From the NCBI GenBank assembly GCA_036172245.1, contig JAYWIR010000013.1:1054001-1118000 (forward strand): a stretch of 64,000 nt of DNA, written 5' to 3'. Shown here one piece after another: positions 49,540-62,736 of this stretch (positions within the stretch are counted from its first letter, which is position 1; every line of letters begins with the position of its first letter). Position numbers and translations under genes: made by a program. Source of the DNA: Raillietiella orientalis (Eukaryota). Under the pieces are notes generated by a model. It did no database searches and was not told where the DNA came from. It saw nothing but the letters and a program-made list of their open reading frames with translations.

Positions 49540-52144
49540 ATGTTTGAATCATGTCCTGGCGTGACCGGATTTGAAGCCACTTGGCTGTTCAAGATGAAGA
49601 TTGGTCCTTATCGGATGACCTTGATCAGGTCCCCTCCTTTTGCAAACATCTGCATCCTGCTCCCTTGGAAAGAAGGTTGGACGGATCAGGGAGGATGGAA
49701 ATCTTCCGTCTTTCTTGATCCATCGTCTATACCCTGCATATCACCACCGCATGCTGGTGGTACGAGACGGGTCGACTATCAGCTCCTGCCGCCACGTTCT
49801 GGAGCATTTTGCCAAGGGCCATGTCGATCCCCCCCCCCTTCCCCTGCTGTGGTGCCTTCCTCTAGCTGCAACAGCTGCTGTTTGTTGATGTGCTGGTGAA
49901 CGTGCTCCAGGGTCCCTCCTTTGCATCTTTCGAGAGTCACTCTTATGGGAACACTTTTTCTCAGTGTTGCTCAAACCTCCATCATTTCCCGGAACACTGG
50001 TCAGTTTTGGCCTGCGTGTTCAGCAATGATGTCGGAACCCAATTTCATCTCTATCATGCAGACTCCCCCAAGTTACGTTGTCTGGAAGCGCGACTTCTCT
50101 GGTGCTAATGCCAGTGCGCAGAGTTAAGAGGGATCGGTGATATTCATCTCCTAATACTCTTTCTGGAGCATCCTCCGGTGGCCGCACTACAATCCCCGAA
50201 GAGATGGGTGGCGTGTTTCGTCGTGTCCCAGCCATCGAGGCGGACGGTGGTGGCAGTTTCCAGGGTGGTTCCCCCTGATCGTTGGCGCTCTGTGTAGGAC
50301 TCGTGCTAGGAGTCCGGAAGTCCATGCTGCAGCCCGCTTCTGATACGTTCTCGAGGGATTCTTCGTCCTGACCTCGACACGAAGCGAGAAATAACCCGAG
50401 ATGGGCACTTGGGAATCCCTGCAGGCGATCTGCTGTATCTTTCGTGTGCCGGATACAGTCGGCAGACTTGCGACGGCTCAGGACAACCATTTGCGGCTTG
50501 ACTTCCCCCTCCGTTTTCCCTGTCCGTTTCCAAGCCTACCGTTGTTCGAGTCGACTCGTCAGATCTCCCACGACGGCTCAGGACGATCACGCATCAAACA
50601 TTCTGCACCAGAACTGCCCCTACTTTTCTCTCGGTTTTCCTACTGGCAGAAAGCTGGGCGACCAGGTGTCGCAAGGAATCTAGCTGGATGTTCGGCGTCG
50701 GCTCGTGGGTCTTCCACGAGCCGACGACGGCAGACGATGACCTCATGCCTGGACGATCCCCCGGGAATTCTTGCACACTGGGATGGAGGCGGTATTGGGA
50801 TGATGATGCCTGCGGAGGAGATCCATCCACCTCCTGGTTGTTCGGCAGCTCCTGCTTACCACAACCGATAAGCATCGGAGTAGCCATAGGTTGCTCATAG
50901 GGTCTGCTCGAGGCTGGTCAACAGTTCAAATGCCCTCGTGGCACCTGCATTTTTGCTGCATTTCGGACTTTTTTTTTTTTTTTTTTTTCTGCGCTGATTC
51001 TGTTTAGCGACACAGGAAAGATGATCATCTTTTCTCGGTCACAGCTGCTATTAGGATCTCCGGCATCTTCCTGGGGCTCCTGCCACAAGAGGATGCTGTG
51101 GGCTCGCTCAGGTTACCACAGAAGATCCTGGTTTTGTTCACCTTTCCGATGTAGGTCTCGTCATTTAGTCATTCATCTGTTGGCTTCTTTCGGGATGTCC
51201 ATGTGTGTCCCGATCCTCCACAGGAAGATGCACAACTCTCTTTCTTCAGTATCACTCCTTGACGATGGAAATCCTTTTGGGTTCTTTTCTGTCTTCGCTG
51301 TTTTCCTTTTAGCTTTTTTTCCGTTAGCTGAGTACCTCAAGAGCCGTCGCGTCCCTGGAGGCGGCTCACGCAGCTCTGTCGCTCACTTCCTTCACAATTG
51401 CGTCGCTTGTCTCTTGACACTGTTCCACGCCACCTGAGTATGTGTGTTAACTCTTTAATTTATGAAGGGACCCGGGAGGGGATCACCCAGTGAATCCAGG
51501 AAGGGGCTCCGGAGAAGGGAGTCTGTTCTTCTCACTCCTTGGGAGGGATCTCCGAAAGGAACCTTGCCTTGGTTGTCTCAGAAAGAAATTTCGAAAGAAA
51601 ACTCCTTCCTTATTCTCTCCAGAGGGACCCCTAGAGGGGGTAAATTCCCTTTTTCTTCTCCGGAGGGAATCCGCAAGGGAACCGCTCCTGTTTGCTCCTC
51701 TGAAGAGAACCCCAAAGGGACGCTTTCGAATTTTCTCTGAAAGGCGCTCCCCGAAGGGAACAGCAGGCGTCTTTGCACTCTGGAAAGGAGCATCAATCCA
51801 CAGCTCCATGGTACGAGACGGAGGGTCTATCCCCGAGGGGGGAAGGACGGCTCCTTTGCACAACCATAACGGAACTACCCGCTTCTTGGCTCTGCTTCCT
51901 GGAAGGACCCGGACGGTCGACTCATGATCCCGGCCACTCATCAGGGGCATCCGGTTTTATCCGCTGCCAGTGCCGCCGCACTCCGAAGTCATCCGAAGCC
52001 AACCAGCGTCATCTCTCGGGAGGAACTCGAACCCACGACGCACCCCTCATCTCTCAGCGTCGATTCTTCCGAGTATTCGAGCCCGCAGCGCTTGGAGATG
52101 CCACGCGCGGAGACCTCAGTAGCCACGTGGCCTCCGATGCGGAC
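49540..52144 (-). mobile_element. tRNA-headed LINE family, copy B: leader 52144-51264 followed directly by APE endonuclease and start of RT (longest copy)
   Basis: Head gtccgcatcggaggccacgtggct...ccgcgcgtggcat...gcgggctcgaatac plus a second B-box-like gggttcgagttcc. About 25 nt after the leader: ELCIFLWRIG (51238-51209, LxIxxWNxxG-like) and, in the same frame, HSILLWQEP (~51100-51074, DILxLQE). Later KCSRTWRQELIV (P..WR...IV) and LEQPSGFKSG (~49595-49564, QxGFxxG). Confidence 0.75.
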
Positions 52145-52299
52145 TGTTCTTGCCGACTGATTTTCCCTCTTTCCTACACAATAAAGAATGATTATCGCAT
52201 GCTGTGGTGCATCGAAGTTACATCTGTCCAGTTCACCAGACGCTTTTTTTCCTTTTTTACTGGATGAACGTGGCAATGGTCGCATTCTTTTTCATCTTC

Positions 52300-54360
52300 A
52301 AATGAGTTCTCTCCAAACAAACAAAGTTAGCGGGATGTACAGCAGCGCTTTGATTTCCTCCTGCTCAAGTGTTAATCGTCTACCGTGTCCTTGCGTCAAC
52401 CCACTTTTTGGCTAGGAGGAGGTTCACGAAGGCACTGTTGTCGGTGGGGAAGACCTGTCGCCATCGAGGCTGGTTGGTGCGCTGACCTGAACTGCATGCT
52501 GCTCCAAATTCTTCCACAGGCATCTTTTACGATATCGAGCCGTGAGAAAGAGCACTTTTGGGTGTTGCATTCGTGCACACAATGATGGTGCGGAGTCAAC
52601 TCTTCAATGCTCAGAACCAGTGACATTTTCGAAGCTTCTCAACTTCCTTCACAACTGCGCATCTTTTCTTCCTTTAGCTTTGGTTCGCCGACTGCAAATG
52701 TGGCACGGCTTGTATCACAGCGCGTTCAACTCATCATCAGTTCAGTCAATTGCCGGTCACTCTGTTGTGCAGTGTCGCTAAGGTCTTAAGGGCTTCTCTC
52801 TGGTCAGTTGCATTCTTGGTCCCCTCCGGTGCTTTCATGGGTACACGAGGTGTTGGCTTGGACGCTTTTACTCTCCAAGAAGTTTTCTTCATTTTGCTCT
52901 CGTGGCTGCACAGCAAAATCCTTCTCTTTTTCCTCGGCTTTCTCATTTCCTTCCTCATCCCTCTTTCCGCCTCGAAAACTTCCTCGTTTGTGGCCGCGTT
53001 CTCCATTTCTAACAGTTTTCGCAGTTTCCTCTGTCTCCCTTCTGGCCTTTCGCAGGCTTACCTTTGCATCCCCAGGCACTTACGGCGCTCACGGCATCCT
53101 CGGCTCATGGCATCCTGTCTCCCTACAAAACCAACGTCTTTGCGGACTTGCTCATGCGCGTGCAAGGTGCGCTCGTCTTCCTATTTCGAGCATCGTGCTT
53201 TAAAGGAAGATGCCGCACGACGTTCCAAACTCCACACAATCTCCACGAAAGCTACGAACCTTTCAAGAGCGGCCGCCAACTTTTGCCGTGCACCAGAAAT
53301 TGGTGCGTCCCCTCGAAACTTCACTAATGCTTTCCTGGAGAATATCATGAAGACAACATTCTTGTAAGGGATGTCCTTTACTACTAAGAATCGAGAGGAA
53401 GGGGAGGGGGGAATCCCAGACTGTGTGTGGACAGATGATCCCGTGCAGATGCATGAGGGTCATTGTTGCGCCCTCTCCGATCTTTTTAAGTATACATAAG
53501 CTCACGCTGACGCCTCCCTCGAGCAGGTACCGATCAGTGTGTCATGTCCATCCTGATCCTTGAAACATCCTCGTTCATTTTGAGCAGCTCGAGACGGAAT
53601 CGATCCCTCAAAACACGTTTTCTCATCCGGTCCGGCCGAAAGATCGTCGCTTGTCTCTTGGCGCCCTGTTTCCGAAATTTCAAATGCTTCGGGTTTCTCA
53701 CCGCTGACCAAAAAAACGGCAAGCCATCGCGTAGGTCACCGCCATCGTTTTCGCACAGACAACTGTAGACTCGCTTGCCTTGGACACGGGGTTTGGCCGG
53801 CACACACTATCCCCCGGAGTGTTCACTTACCAGGGAAGCCTCCATGCTCCTAGTTTCTTCCCATGCTGGTAGCTGCACAGCCCCCAGCATCTGCCGAAGA
53901 CGCAGTGAGACTGTTTCCATAGGGAGAATGCAAGCCGCGAGTGACACGGAAACATCCGTGTTCACTCGGGGGAAGGAGGCGATGCTGGGATGATGATGCG
54001 TGTGGAGAAGAAGATCCACCTCCTGGTCGTTAGACAATCTGCAGACCACAGCCGATTCGGAGCAGTGGCCATAGGGTCTGGCTCGAGGCTGGTGAACAGT
54101 TCGAATAACCTCGTATCTTTCGGCAACCAGCACGGGCCAGTAGATGAGCGCGGACTCCACGTGGCCGGGGAAACGGGTGCTGGCAACCTGCTGGAAGTGA
54201 TTCTCTGAATGAAGAATCTCTGGGAAGAATAACTGGCTCCAAGGATCCCCCATTTGCTCCCAGTTCCTTGATGACTCCAGGATAATGGATTCAGTGGAGA
54301 CCAGGCATGAGAATAGGGCAATGGCACCAGACGCGGATGTACCAGTGCACCAGAATACAG
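52300..54360 (-). mobile_element. APE-type LINE ORF remnant (endonuclease to RT start), paralogous to 49540-51250
   Basis: LCILVHWYIR, PEILHSENH...TRFPG, GGDLRDGLPFFWSAVRNP (GGDFNA..W.S...N) and QPRWRQVFP. DNA at 53985-54105 is similar to 50797-50930 (gatgatgatg...atccacctcctggt...catagggtctg.ctcgaggctggt.aacagttc.aat). Confidence 0.7.
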
Positions 54361-56564
54361 AGCCACGTGACCCGCAACACGCAAGAAGCTATGGAGGGGT
54401 CAAAAAGACTCATAGTCCCCGGGACACTGGGAGGCGCAGAGAAGACCAAATTGGCCTCCTTAGCCGCCCGCCGACATTGGACAACGTTTTTTCTCGACCG
54501 TACCTCTGCCGGCCCCGCAGCAGCGCCGCGGCCGTGGCGCTCCGCACAAAGGGAAGGCCTCGCAGCGCTCCCGGGATGGGAAAAGCGTTCCCGCAAGGTG
54601 CCTGGAGGGCAGCGCGGTCCCCCAGCGGGTGCGGGAAGGACTCCCCACTCCGTCACACTCTGGCGCAGTTCGGTGCCCGACGTGCCTCCCTCGTACGGCG
54701 GCACCAGCGCGCGCTCCTTGCACAGGAGTCTCCTGTGCCACGTTACCAGCGGGGGCCGATGCCGCGTGAACTCCTCAGGGACTGCCCAGACTTTCCTTTG
54801 GTGCGGATCATGGGAGCGGCTGCAAGAGCCTCCGCTGCCTACGACTATTTCCCTCTGCTGCTCAGCCTTTTTTTTGCCCGCACTTTTGTCCACTCTGCCG
54901 GTGCGGCCCTTCCGACCCCCATCGCCGGCCCTCGATGGAGGGTCGGCAGGTGTCGGCGCCCGCCGTCCCGCAGCAGTCGCGCCCCTTTGTCTTCCCCGCG
55001 TGACACGGTCGAGGGAGCGCCTCCAGGGTGCGGGGAGTCTCTTCCCCGGGAAAGTGCGCGCCGGGGCGCTGCAAGCCCGCGACGCGCGTTCAGCACGCAG
55101 CTCGCACGGCGGGCACGGTGATGCCCTATTCCAGGGCCGTCGCTATTTGTAGGTCCGTGACCCCGAGGGGGACGCCCCCGGAGGTAGGCGGCGCGCCAGC
55201 GACCGCCGTCGGGGCAGGCCGACCCTCTCTGCCCTCCCGGGACGGGCGCTGCGTTGGCACGGGGTCCCATGCGTGGCTACCGCTCGCAGGCGCGGGGTGG
55301 GAAGGGGGGAGGAAAGGCCATCGCTCGAACCTCCCCCTGCACTCTTGACTCTCGTATCAGTTTGCACCCGCGAGGCTGACTCGGGAGCTCAGGGCGAGCT
55401 CGCGGCTGTTCGTCACGTGCACGGGCGGGCGATGTTCGAGGGTGGCCGCTTGCGCGGTTGCCGTCGCGTAGCCCGGGAGAGCGCCCTTCGTGGCGGTCTT
55501 CCTAGAGGGGGTGACCCGGGTGAACTCCTTCGCAGCCACCCCTTAAGACTGCGGAGCGGCAAGCGGACGCCTCCTCGCGCCGAGCATGCGGTTGGCCAGG
55601 CCATCCGGGCGGGTCAGCCCGCTGGGGAAGGAAGACTGCGGGTCCCATCGCCTGCCGCGCAAGCAAGCAAGCGCGCCGCGGGGTGGTCCGGGACAAGCTG
55701 CAACCTCCTGCAGGAGGGCGCCGAACTTCTGCTTCCTCCAGTGCGATGGCGGGTGACCGAGAAGGGGGGGGAAGGGGAAGCTGAGACCCCCTGAGGCGAT
55801 TCCCCGGGCGTGCCACGACCGTGGAGGAAGGTGCGGGGTTCTCAACTGGGACTGGCGGATGGGGCGGAGGAGAAACAGAGCAGTCGGGTCGGAAAGAGCG
55901 CCTCCTGTGTGGGGGTGCTTGGGGACTCCCACGCTCGTCTCCTCCCTTCCGGCTTGCCCAGCGGAGGCGCCATCCTGAGGGATCACGAACCAAGGGAACC
56001 TGAGCTTCTCAACCGTCAGCAGCGCCTCCGCTGAGACGAGTTGTTGGCAAGCGACGGAGTCGTCTGCGGCCCTTCCGGTGGGTCGCCGGAGAGCCCTCAC
56101 TCCAGAGAGCAAATCCTCTGGGAGGGGGGTGGCGGTCGCTGCTGCGCCCGTTGCCCTGGCTCGTGATGGGGATGCTCTTGAACCAACTCCGCTCCTCTGC
56201 CCTCGGAATCTCCGGGGAGTCCGCTCCGGGGCGATTTCATGCAGCTGTCCTCCACCCGCGGCACTCTCCCGGGACTGGCGAAAAAGAGCAGAGGAGAGTC
56301 CAGGTGTTCTCATGCACGAGCTGCTTGTCTTCCAGGAGCCATACGTTGCTGCTTCCCTAAGGTGAGCGCCGCCCGAGGTTTCTTTCGGGGAAGAGAAGGA
56401 GGAGGTGTTCGGTAACGTTCGCCAGCCTGTGGTAGAGCAAACCACCCACTTGCCGCCTCGGTGGAGCAAAACTTCCGTGGAGTGCCACAGGGAACACAGG
56501 GAATGAGCAACACCTCCCGATCCCCAGTCTCCATTCTGCACCGGTCCTCTAAGTATTCTCCAGA

Positions 56565-56875
56565 CATCCTTCTTTTTCTTCTTCTTCTTATTCGCATTCT
56601 TATTATTCTTATCATTAACATTCTTTTTCTGAGCATTCTCAGTATTCTCATTCTTAATATTCTTCTTCTTACTGTTGTTATTGTTGTTCTTATCATCCTT
56701 GTTCTTCATATTCTTATGTTCTTATCATTCCTATTTTTAGTATTCTCGTCCTTATGATTCATATTCTTATTTTTCCTATTGTTGGTATTCTTTTTCCTGT
56801 TATTCTTATTATTGATATTCTTTTTCTTAGCATTCTTGGTATTCTCATTCTTTTTGTTATTATTGTTTTCGTGGC
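56565..56875. repeat. Low-complexity degenerate trinucleotide tract (TTC/TTA/TTG-rich)
   Basis: ttcttcttcttattcgcattcttattattcttatcatt... over about 300 bp with strong strand asymmetry, at the edge of the GC-rich block. Confidence 0.85.
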
Positions 56876-59800
56876 TCTTATTTATGTACCAACTCCTCTG
56901 GATATCTCGCTTGCGTGCCGCCGTTCAGGCTTCGGCGCTCGCAGAGTTGTTTACTCAGAGACACGGATGCGATAAAAAGTTGCTGAAGCAACGGGCAGGC
57001 TCGCCGCCACCACGCCTAATTTGCTTCCTCCTTTCCTGTTAATGGAACGACCTCGGAAACATCCGTGCTGCCTACTCTCGTTCTGGGGTTCTTCACGTGG
57101 AATGCACGCATCTTCGCCGCTCGCGAAGTGCCCGAACAACTCAGTCACTTCTTCCCTTCAGGGAGGGCTGCTCCGGGACGCCGCCTTTTTGCAGGCACGA
57201 CCTGTGCTTTCAGAAAGACGCTCTCAGTCGAATGGTCTTGCGAAAGTCGACCAGAAGATGCGAACCCAAACCGTGTTTGCCGCTTTTGTGCTGCGAGGAT
57301 GCCCGGCGAACACGCCTGGATCGTTGGGCACGCATTGCGTGTCAGCGCACGCTGAAGCGCTCATCGGAAATGGTGCATTCGATGAGAGCCAAGACTTTTA
57401 TCCGAGACGCAACGTGCTACAGCCTTAAAGCAAGAGGATGGTGAACGGCTCTCATGAATGGCGAGAGGATACTGCAGCTGCTCGGAAGGAGAAGATTGAA
57501 TCCGTCCGCACCTGCTTTTGGAGGAGAGTGGATGAACATCTCAAAACATGAATAGGTTCCAAGAACAACTGAAGTGTATCTGAAGTCTGAAGAACGATAA
57601 AGCTGAGAAAACGGAGGCAGCACGATAAAAGCCTTGGAAGGCTGTATCAAAGAAGAGAGTTACGACCGAGGTTTGACCTGCTCGGAGAGAGATAAAATTT
57701 TGGATTCCCTGCAAATGCATTCTTTACGTGGAGGAAATCACAAGGGGTTTTTGCAGTCGGGACGTTCGATTCCTCGTCGGCACACGTCGGTGCATGCGTG
57801 TCGCGTCGAGGAATGAAACATGCGAGCAGCTAGTGAGTGGGTGTCGTGTGTCAGGGAACGAACAATTCGTCTCTCACAGCCGAGACAGCAGTTTGTTCAG
57901 CATTTTTCTTTCCCTTAAAGTGTCTCAAGGAGCGTTCCTCAGGTTAGTATATTTAAATATATCTCATAGTCCCTATAGACGTTAATAAGGCAGTTGACCT
58001 GTTTGCTTACATGTGATACGGGAATTCATCACGGTTACAGAGGAAAGCTCGCCCAGTAATTTCTAGTGGGAATAGGGTTCCATTTTCTGAAACTCCCAAA
58101 ACACCCCTCTTTTTCTATCCACGCTGGAAAATCCCTGAAACCATTTCCAAAACCGGAAGGAATTCGATTTGAAGCTGACTCAGGGAACGCAACAAGGACC
58201 AAGAGGTCAAGCCGATAGGCCGCTGCTTCTCTTCAAACGGCAAAGCATTCGCAGGAGTTGTTGGCTGTCGTGCTGTCCGTGTCGTAAACGCACAGACCCT
58301 TGCTGGCCACTCCCGCCGAGTTGATTTTGTTTCCTACCGGGAACGTGAGGTTTGAGGATGCTCTCGTGAAATTTACAGCGTCGCTCCCTCCCCTCTCCCT
58401 CTTCGATTAGCAGCTTAACCCGCCCTTCCTTCGCTCGCTCTCGGCGGGTCATTCCTGCAGTTGCAAAGTCCCAACTTGGGGACTGAAAAGCAACTTCTTG
58501 GAAAATCGAGAGCTGAACCCTTGTTGAACCCCCTGAACCCGAGAGCTGATTGCTATTAAGAGACGACCCTTTTGCATCCTCAGACGACAGGTGACTTTGA
58601 GAAATGGAGCAAGAGGCGTGAGAAAAGTGATGCACGCTTTCCTCGAGTCATGTGTGATCGAAAGGTTCACGAAGTTCGCCAAGGAGACGGAAATCAGTCC
58701 TTTCCTGGAGCATTTTTCAAATCCCGGTCGCTTCTTTCGCCGGGCGGCTCTGCACGCTATGTATAAGCCATTGCCGTCTACAGCATGGCGCGCAGCTGCT
58801 GCCGCCGCCTTCGAGCCTCCCTGCATCTCGATGTGGCTGCTCGTAAACCACGAGAAAGAGACCCGCCGGTGGCTAAAGGCCACCTGACTGTTATCAGATT
58901 CGAAAGAGTCCTCAAAGGGATAGTTTGATCGTGCGCATGACGACAAAGGGATGTGCTTGCGTGTGTCGTTGTCGTGTGTCGTTTCTTAAGTGACGCTGCG
59001 ATGCCGTGGGCATTGGATCGAAACTGACCAGGGCTTGTAACCTCAGTTCTCATTTCCAGTCATGCAGCCATACATCTCTGGCACATTCGAGAATCAGTAC
59101 GAGAATCACGGCCACAGGCTAATTGCACGCCCTCGTGGTCCTTAAAGTACAGCTGGTGGAAACTCGTGATTATCAAGAGCCTGCATCTTGAAGAAAAAAA
59201 AACGCTGTTGTTATCAACGCCTTGTCGACTATGAGTACAGGAGTTATAAGTAATAATGGCCGTCAAGATTACTACTACCACATCTCGCTCCAGTACTTGG
59301 GCTGCATTTCCGAGTACAAATCAACGTCCTGTCGGGGATATGCAGGTTCATACAGGATGCCGTGGCCCAGCGGCGAGAGTGAAAGGGTAGGTAATTTCCA
59401 GAAGGCGTGGTGGCTTCAGAGTAGTGTTCCAGGATAATTACGAAACAAAACCGTCAGGAGGGGTAAGGAGCCAATGGGAACAACTCGTGTACTCAGCTGC
59501 AAAGACACCCCTGCGATGAGCTGCAAACACGTTTTTTTTGTCCCGATTTAGCGACTAGGAATTCAAAGGTGTACACGAATTTCTCATTAAATGCCGCATT
59601 TCCCCCCCACCTATTTCGACGAGACAATTTCAAAACAAAACGACTTGCAGGCTGGAATGCTCTGGGAGTAGTAGAGAGAGATCCAGGATCCAGAAACTTC
59701 TCCGAATGATATTTGGATGGACACAAATGTGTCCGTCCAAGATTCCTTCCTTTTTCACACAGGGATACTTCTCCATGAGCGATGGAGTACGTGAAGTTTT

Positions 59801-62694
59801 TCGTATCTTTTTTGGAGCAAAGCATCCCCTCTCTCGAAAATCCTGAAGCACATCTGTTGCACAAGACGAAAAACAGCGATAAAACGTACCATTCTGGACT
59901 TTTGAACCCATTGGGGTCAATACTTCGGCGTTTCAAAATCGCTGAAAAGAGTAGGACGCACTTCCACAACCCACGATTTCCGGAATTCGAAAATTGTGGA
60001 ACGGTGGAAAGAATAATCAAAATCCCTTCCCTTCTCTTTTACAATCTACAACGAAACTTGTGATTTTGTCTTTTATGTCATCAGCTAAGGGAACATCCGA
60101 AAAGATGCACTTCGTCGCCGTGATTTTCATTTCATTCGATTCCGTTTTATTTTTTTTCATTGCGAAGAGAAGATGAAAGTTTTCAGGATCATAAGAGATG
60201 CAGGGTTTGAAAAAGGGCCGCCACCAGCATCATTGACGAGACAACTTTAGCTCATGCTTCCGATTCATGTCTTCAGTAGTTGCAGCTCCTTTTTGAAATA
60301 CATTCGAAATCAATCGCCCCTATGCAAGCTCTATGGAAGAATCAGTGGCATCGGCCTTGTTCTCTGTCTCGGACGCTGGATGCTGTCAGCACTCGAGCTT
60401 CCACGTGCCGAGTGTTAAGGAACCTTCCAAACAAGAGATGCTTTCTGAAGGATCACGAGAAACGATGAAGCCCGGATGAATGATACCCACTCGCTTTTCG
60501 GTGCCTCCGTTCACCGGAGTGTATGCTTGCTGGTGAGTAAACAATCGTCACCACAGGCATTGATGACCGTTAACCCATTCGCTCAACTGAAGATGCGGGC
60601 AGCATTGAATTCAACACGGTTGCAATGCAGCAAAGAGATGCGCCAATAATTTTTGTTATGAATGCGGCTTCTTTGCTGAAAGCTGCAAAATGGAGCGAGC
60701 TCCAACTAAGACATAAGACGCGGTTTCACTGCCATCTTCGTTTGCCTTTCCTACCGGATCAGAGAGCAGAGAGCAGAAAGCTCTTATTTTGCAAATAAAA
60801 TATGCAGCAGAAGAATGCAAAGAAGACCTTCGCGCACACTTCTCAAAACGAATGCCTTTGTATCTACCACGAGGGTAGTAAACTTCGTGCTTCAGGCTGT
60901 TAATAGGGTTCCATTTCGCTATTCGTCCCGATAAACAGCGTGGAATGGATACTCAGTTAATTTCTTGAGGTTTCTCATGACCCGAGGCTTGCAGGAATAC
61001 TAGATATTAGAAGGCTAGGTGGTAAAGCCGGGAGCTGATACCTCACGTCTGCCTTTGGACGCTTACAACCCAAATACAGAATGGATAACTTGGTAATTCT
61101 ATCTTCTAAATGAATTCTTTGCAACTCTTACCTTCTAGCTGAATGTAGGTACTGTATTTCGGACTCCACTAATATTTATACTGATGACACTTTCCATTTT
61201 AGCATCTTCGATTTCATGACTTACATAGATAGAGATACAGGTAGATAGATAGAAAGTATCACAAGTTTCAAATATGTGGGGAAATCTTTATTCCAAGGAG
61301 CATCTGTGAGTAGGGATACTTTATACTAATTATGTATCTTGTACGTAATACAGCATACCTTGAGGAAAAAGTTTTAAATGTGATGGAAAAAAAAAAAAAC
61401 AGACCACTTCTCAATTTTATCTGAAAGAAAAAAAGGAACGAAGAAATATTTATCAAATCATTGGCATGATACTGAAGTCCAAAAGGGGCAGATGGAAAGG
61501 AAAGCTTGGAGACCAGCAGGGAATTCAATTAATCTTCCCAAGGGAAAGTTAGTCTTAACGTTTATTTTATCGTAATAAGATATTCACTTGGTACTCAAGA
61601 AACCATGCTGCCTTTCGTACGAAGAACAAACCCAACATGACTCACATAAGTAAAAAATCCTCAAGCAGAGCTGAAAACGTTAAATGAAATGGAATAAATA
61701 CTCATAGGGGTTTTACGACAACCAACCAGTTTCAGTTTTTGTTTTTCTTAAAAAATGGAAAGCAGAGTTTACTTCTAACGACTTCTAACGTCGGTCCGTT
61801 AAGCTCTGTAACTGTCGCATTTAAACTCAGCATGAACTTTCGACTTGGTACAAGTTAATTAGCTGAGAAAGGCTCTTTAAATTAAAGTCTGCAATGGTTG
61901 AATAATTCAGAAATTAGTAAATAAGGATGTTTAGAATGACAACTGGTAAGATAGTAAATTCGACTGACTTGCTACTGTTTGCTATTTTGATATTCCATGG
62001 TTAGAAAATAAGGACACCAATTCTCCTCTACTTGGAATGTCGCTCTCAAACGCACATCTAAGCTTACAGCGTCAGTCGATTTGAGCAAAAGGAAATATGC
62101 AAGCTATGGTAAATTTTTTCATAGGAAGAACTCCCTTTATCTGCAATCAAGTCAACCATTCTGAGTACGTATCTGGAGTTCACAAGGAGAAACTCCATGG
62201 ATTGACTTCTTTTCTAAGGATGGGAAACCTCATGATCAAATTGATGTATATTACAAGAGACATAAAAAACATGCTTTCGAAATCAGTAATCGAATTGTGC
62301 CACCCATGATTCCTTTCACTTTGCATAGAATATTTTTTTTTGCATAATATAATGTATGCTTCATACACGGAACACTATGCAGCTTATTTCTTGAATGTCT
62401 CTAATTTCGCAAAATTGTGTCTGTTACCATAATATATCGATGCATATGCCCAGATATGACTGTCTTTCATGTATTTAATTTCATAAATTATATCTCCGTT
62501 CTCTGTTTCCTGAGGCACATTTTTTTAAAGTCGATTCTTAAAGTTCTGTTTTGTTTCCTTTATGATTTTTCACTTAATAACACTAATTTATAACTAGCAT
62601 TTTTTCATTTTGTAGTATCACAAGAAGAAACAATAGCGGAGCCCTTTCAAAAGCAAATCAGAGAACTCGGTATTATCTGACAGATCAGTGAGTA

Positions 62695-62736
62695 ATTTAA
62701 ACATTCGTCGTATTTATATATGACGAATGTTTAAAT
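62695..62736. repeat. Perfect 15-bp inverted repeat with 12-nt spacer
   Basis: atttaaacattcgtc (62695-62709) and gacgaatgtttaaat (62722-62736). The spacer can extend the stem with a G-T pair. Confidence 0.8.

Noticed and set aside
55543..57042. 388-aa K/N-rich ORF and hydrophobic membrane-like ORFs
   Set aside because: These are translations of the low-complexity trinucleotide tract running into GC-rich DNA.
57000..60500. Protein-like short ORFs (58591-58887, 59782-60063)
   Set aside because: Possibly old pseudogene or TE debris, but no identifiable motif was found.
61120..61440. Splice-like GT/AG signals on the minus strand suggesting short exons
   Set aside because: Candidate exons contain stops or a poly(T) run in the usable frames, and no product is recognisable.
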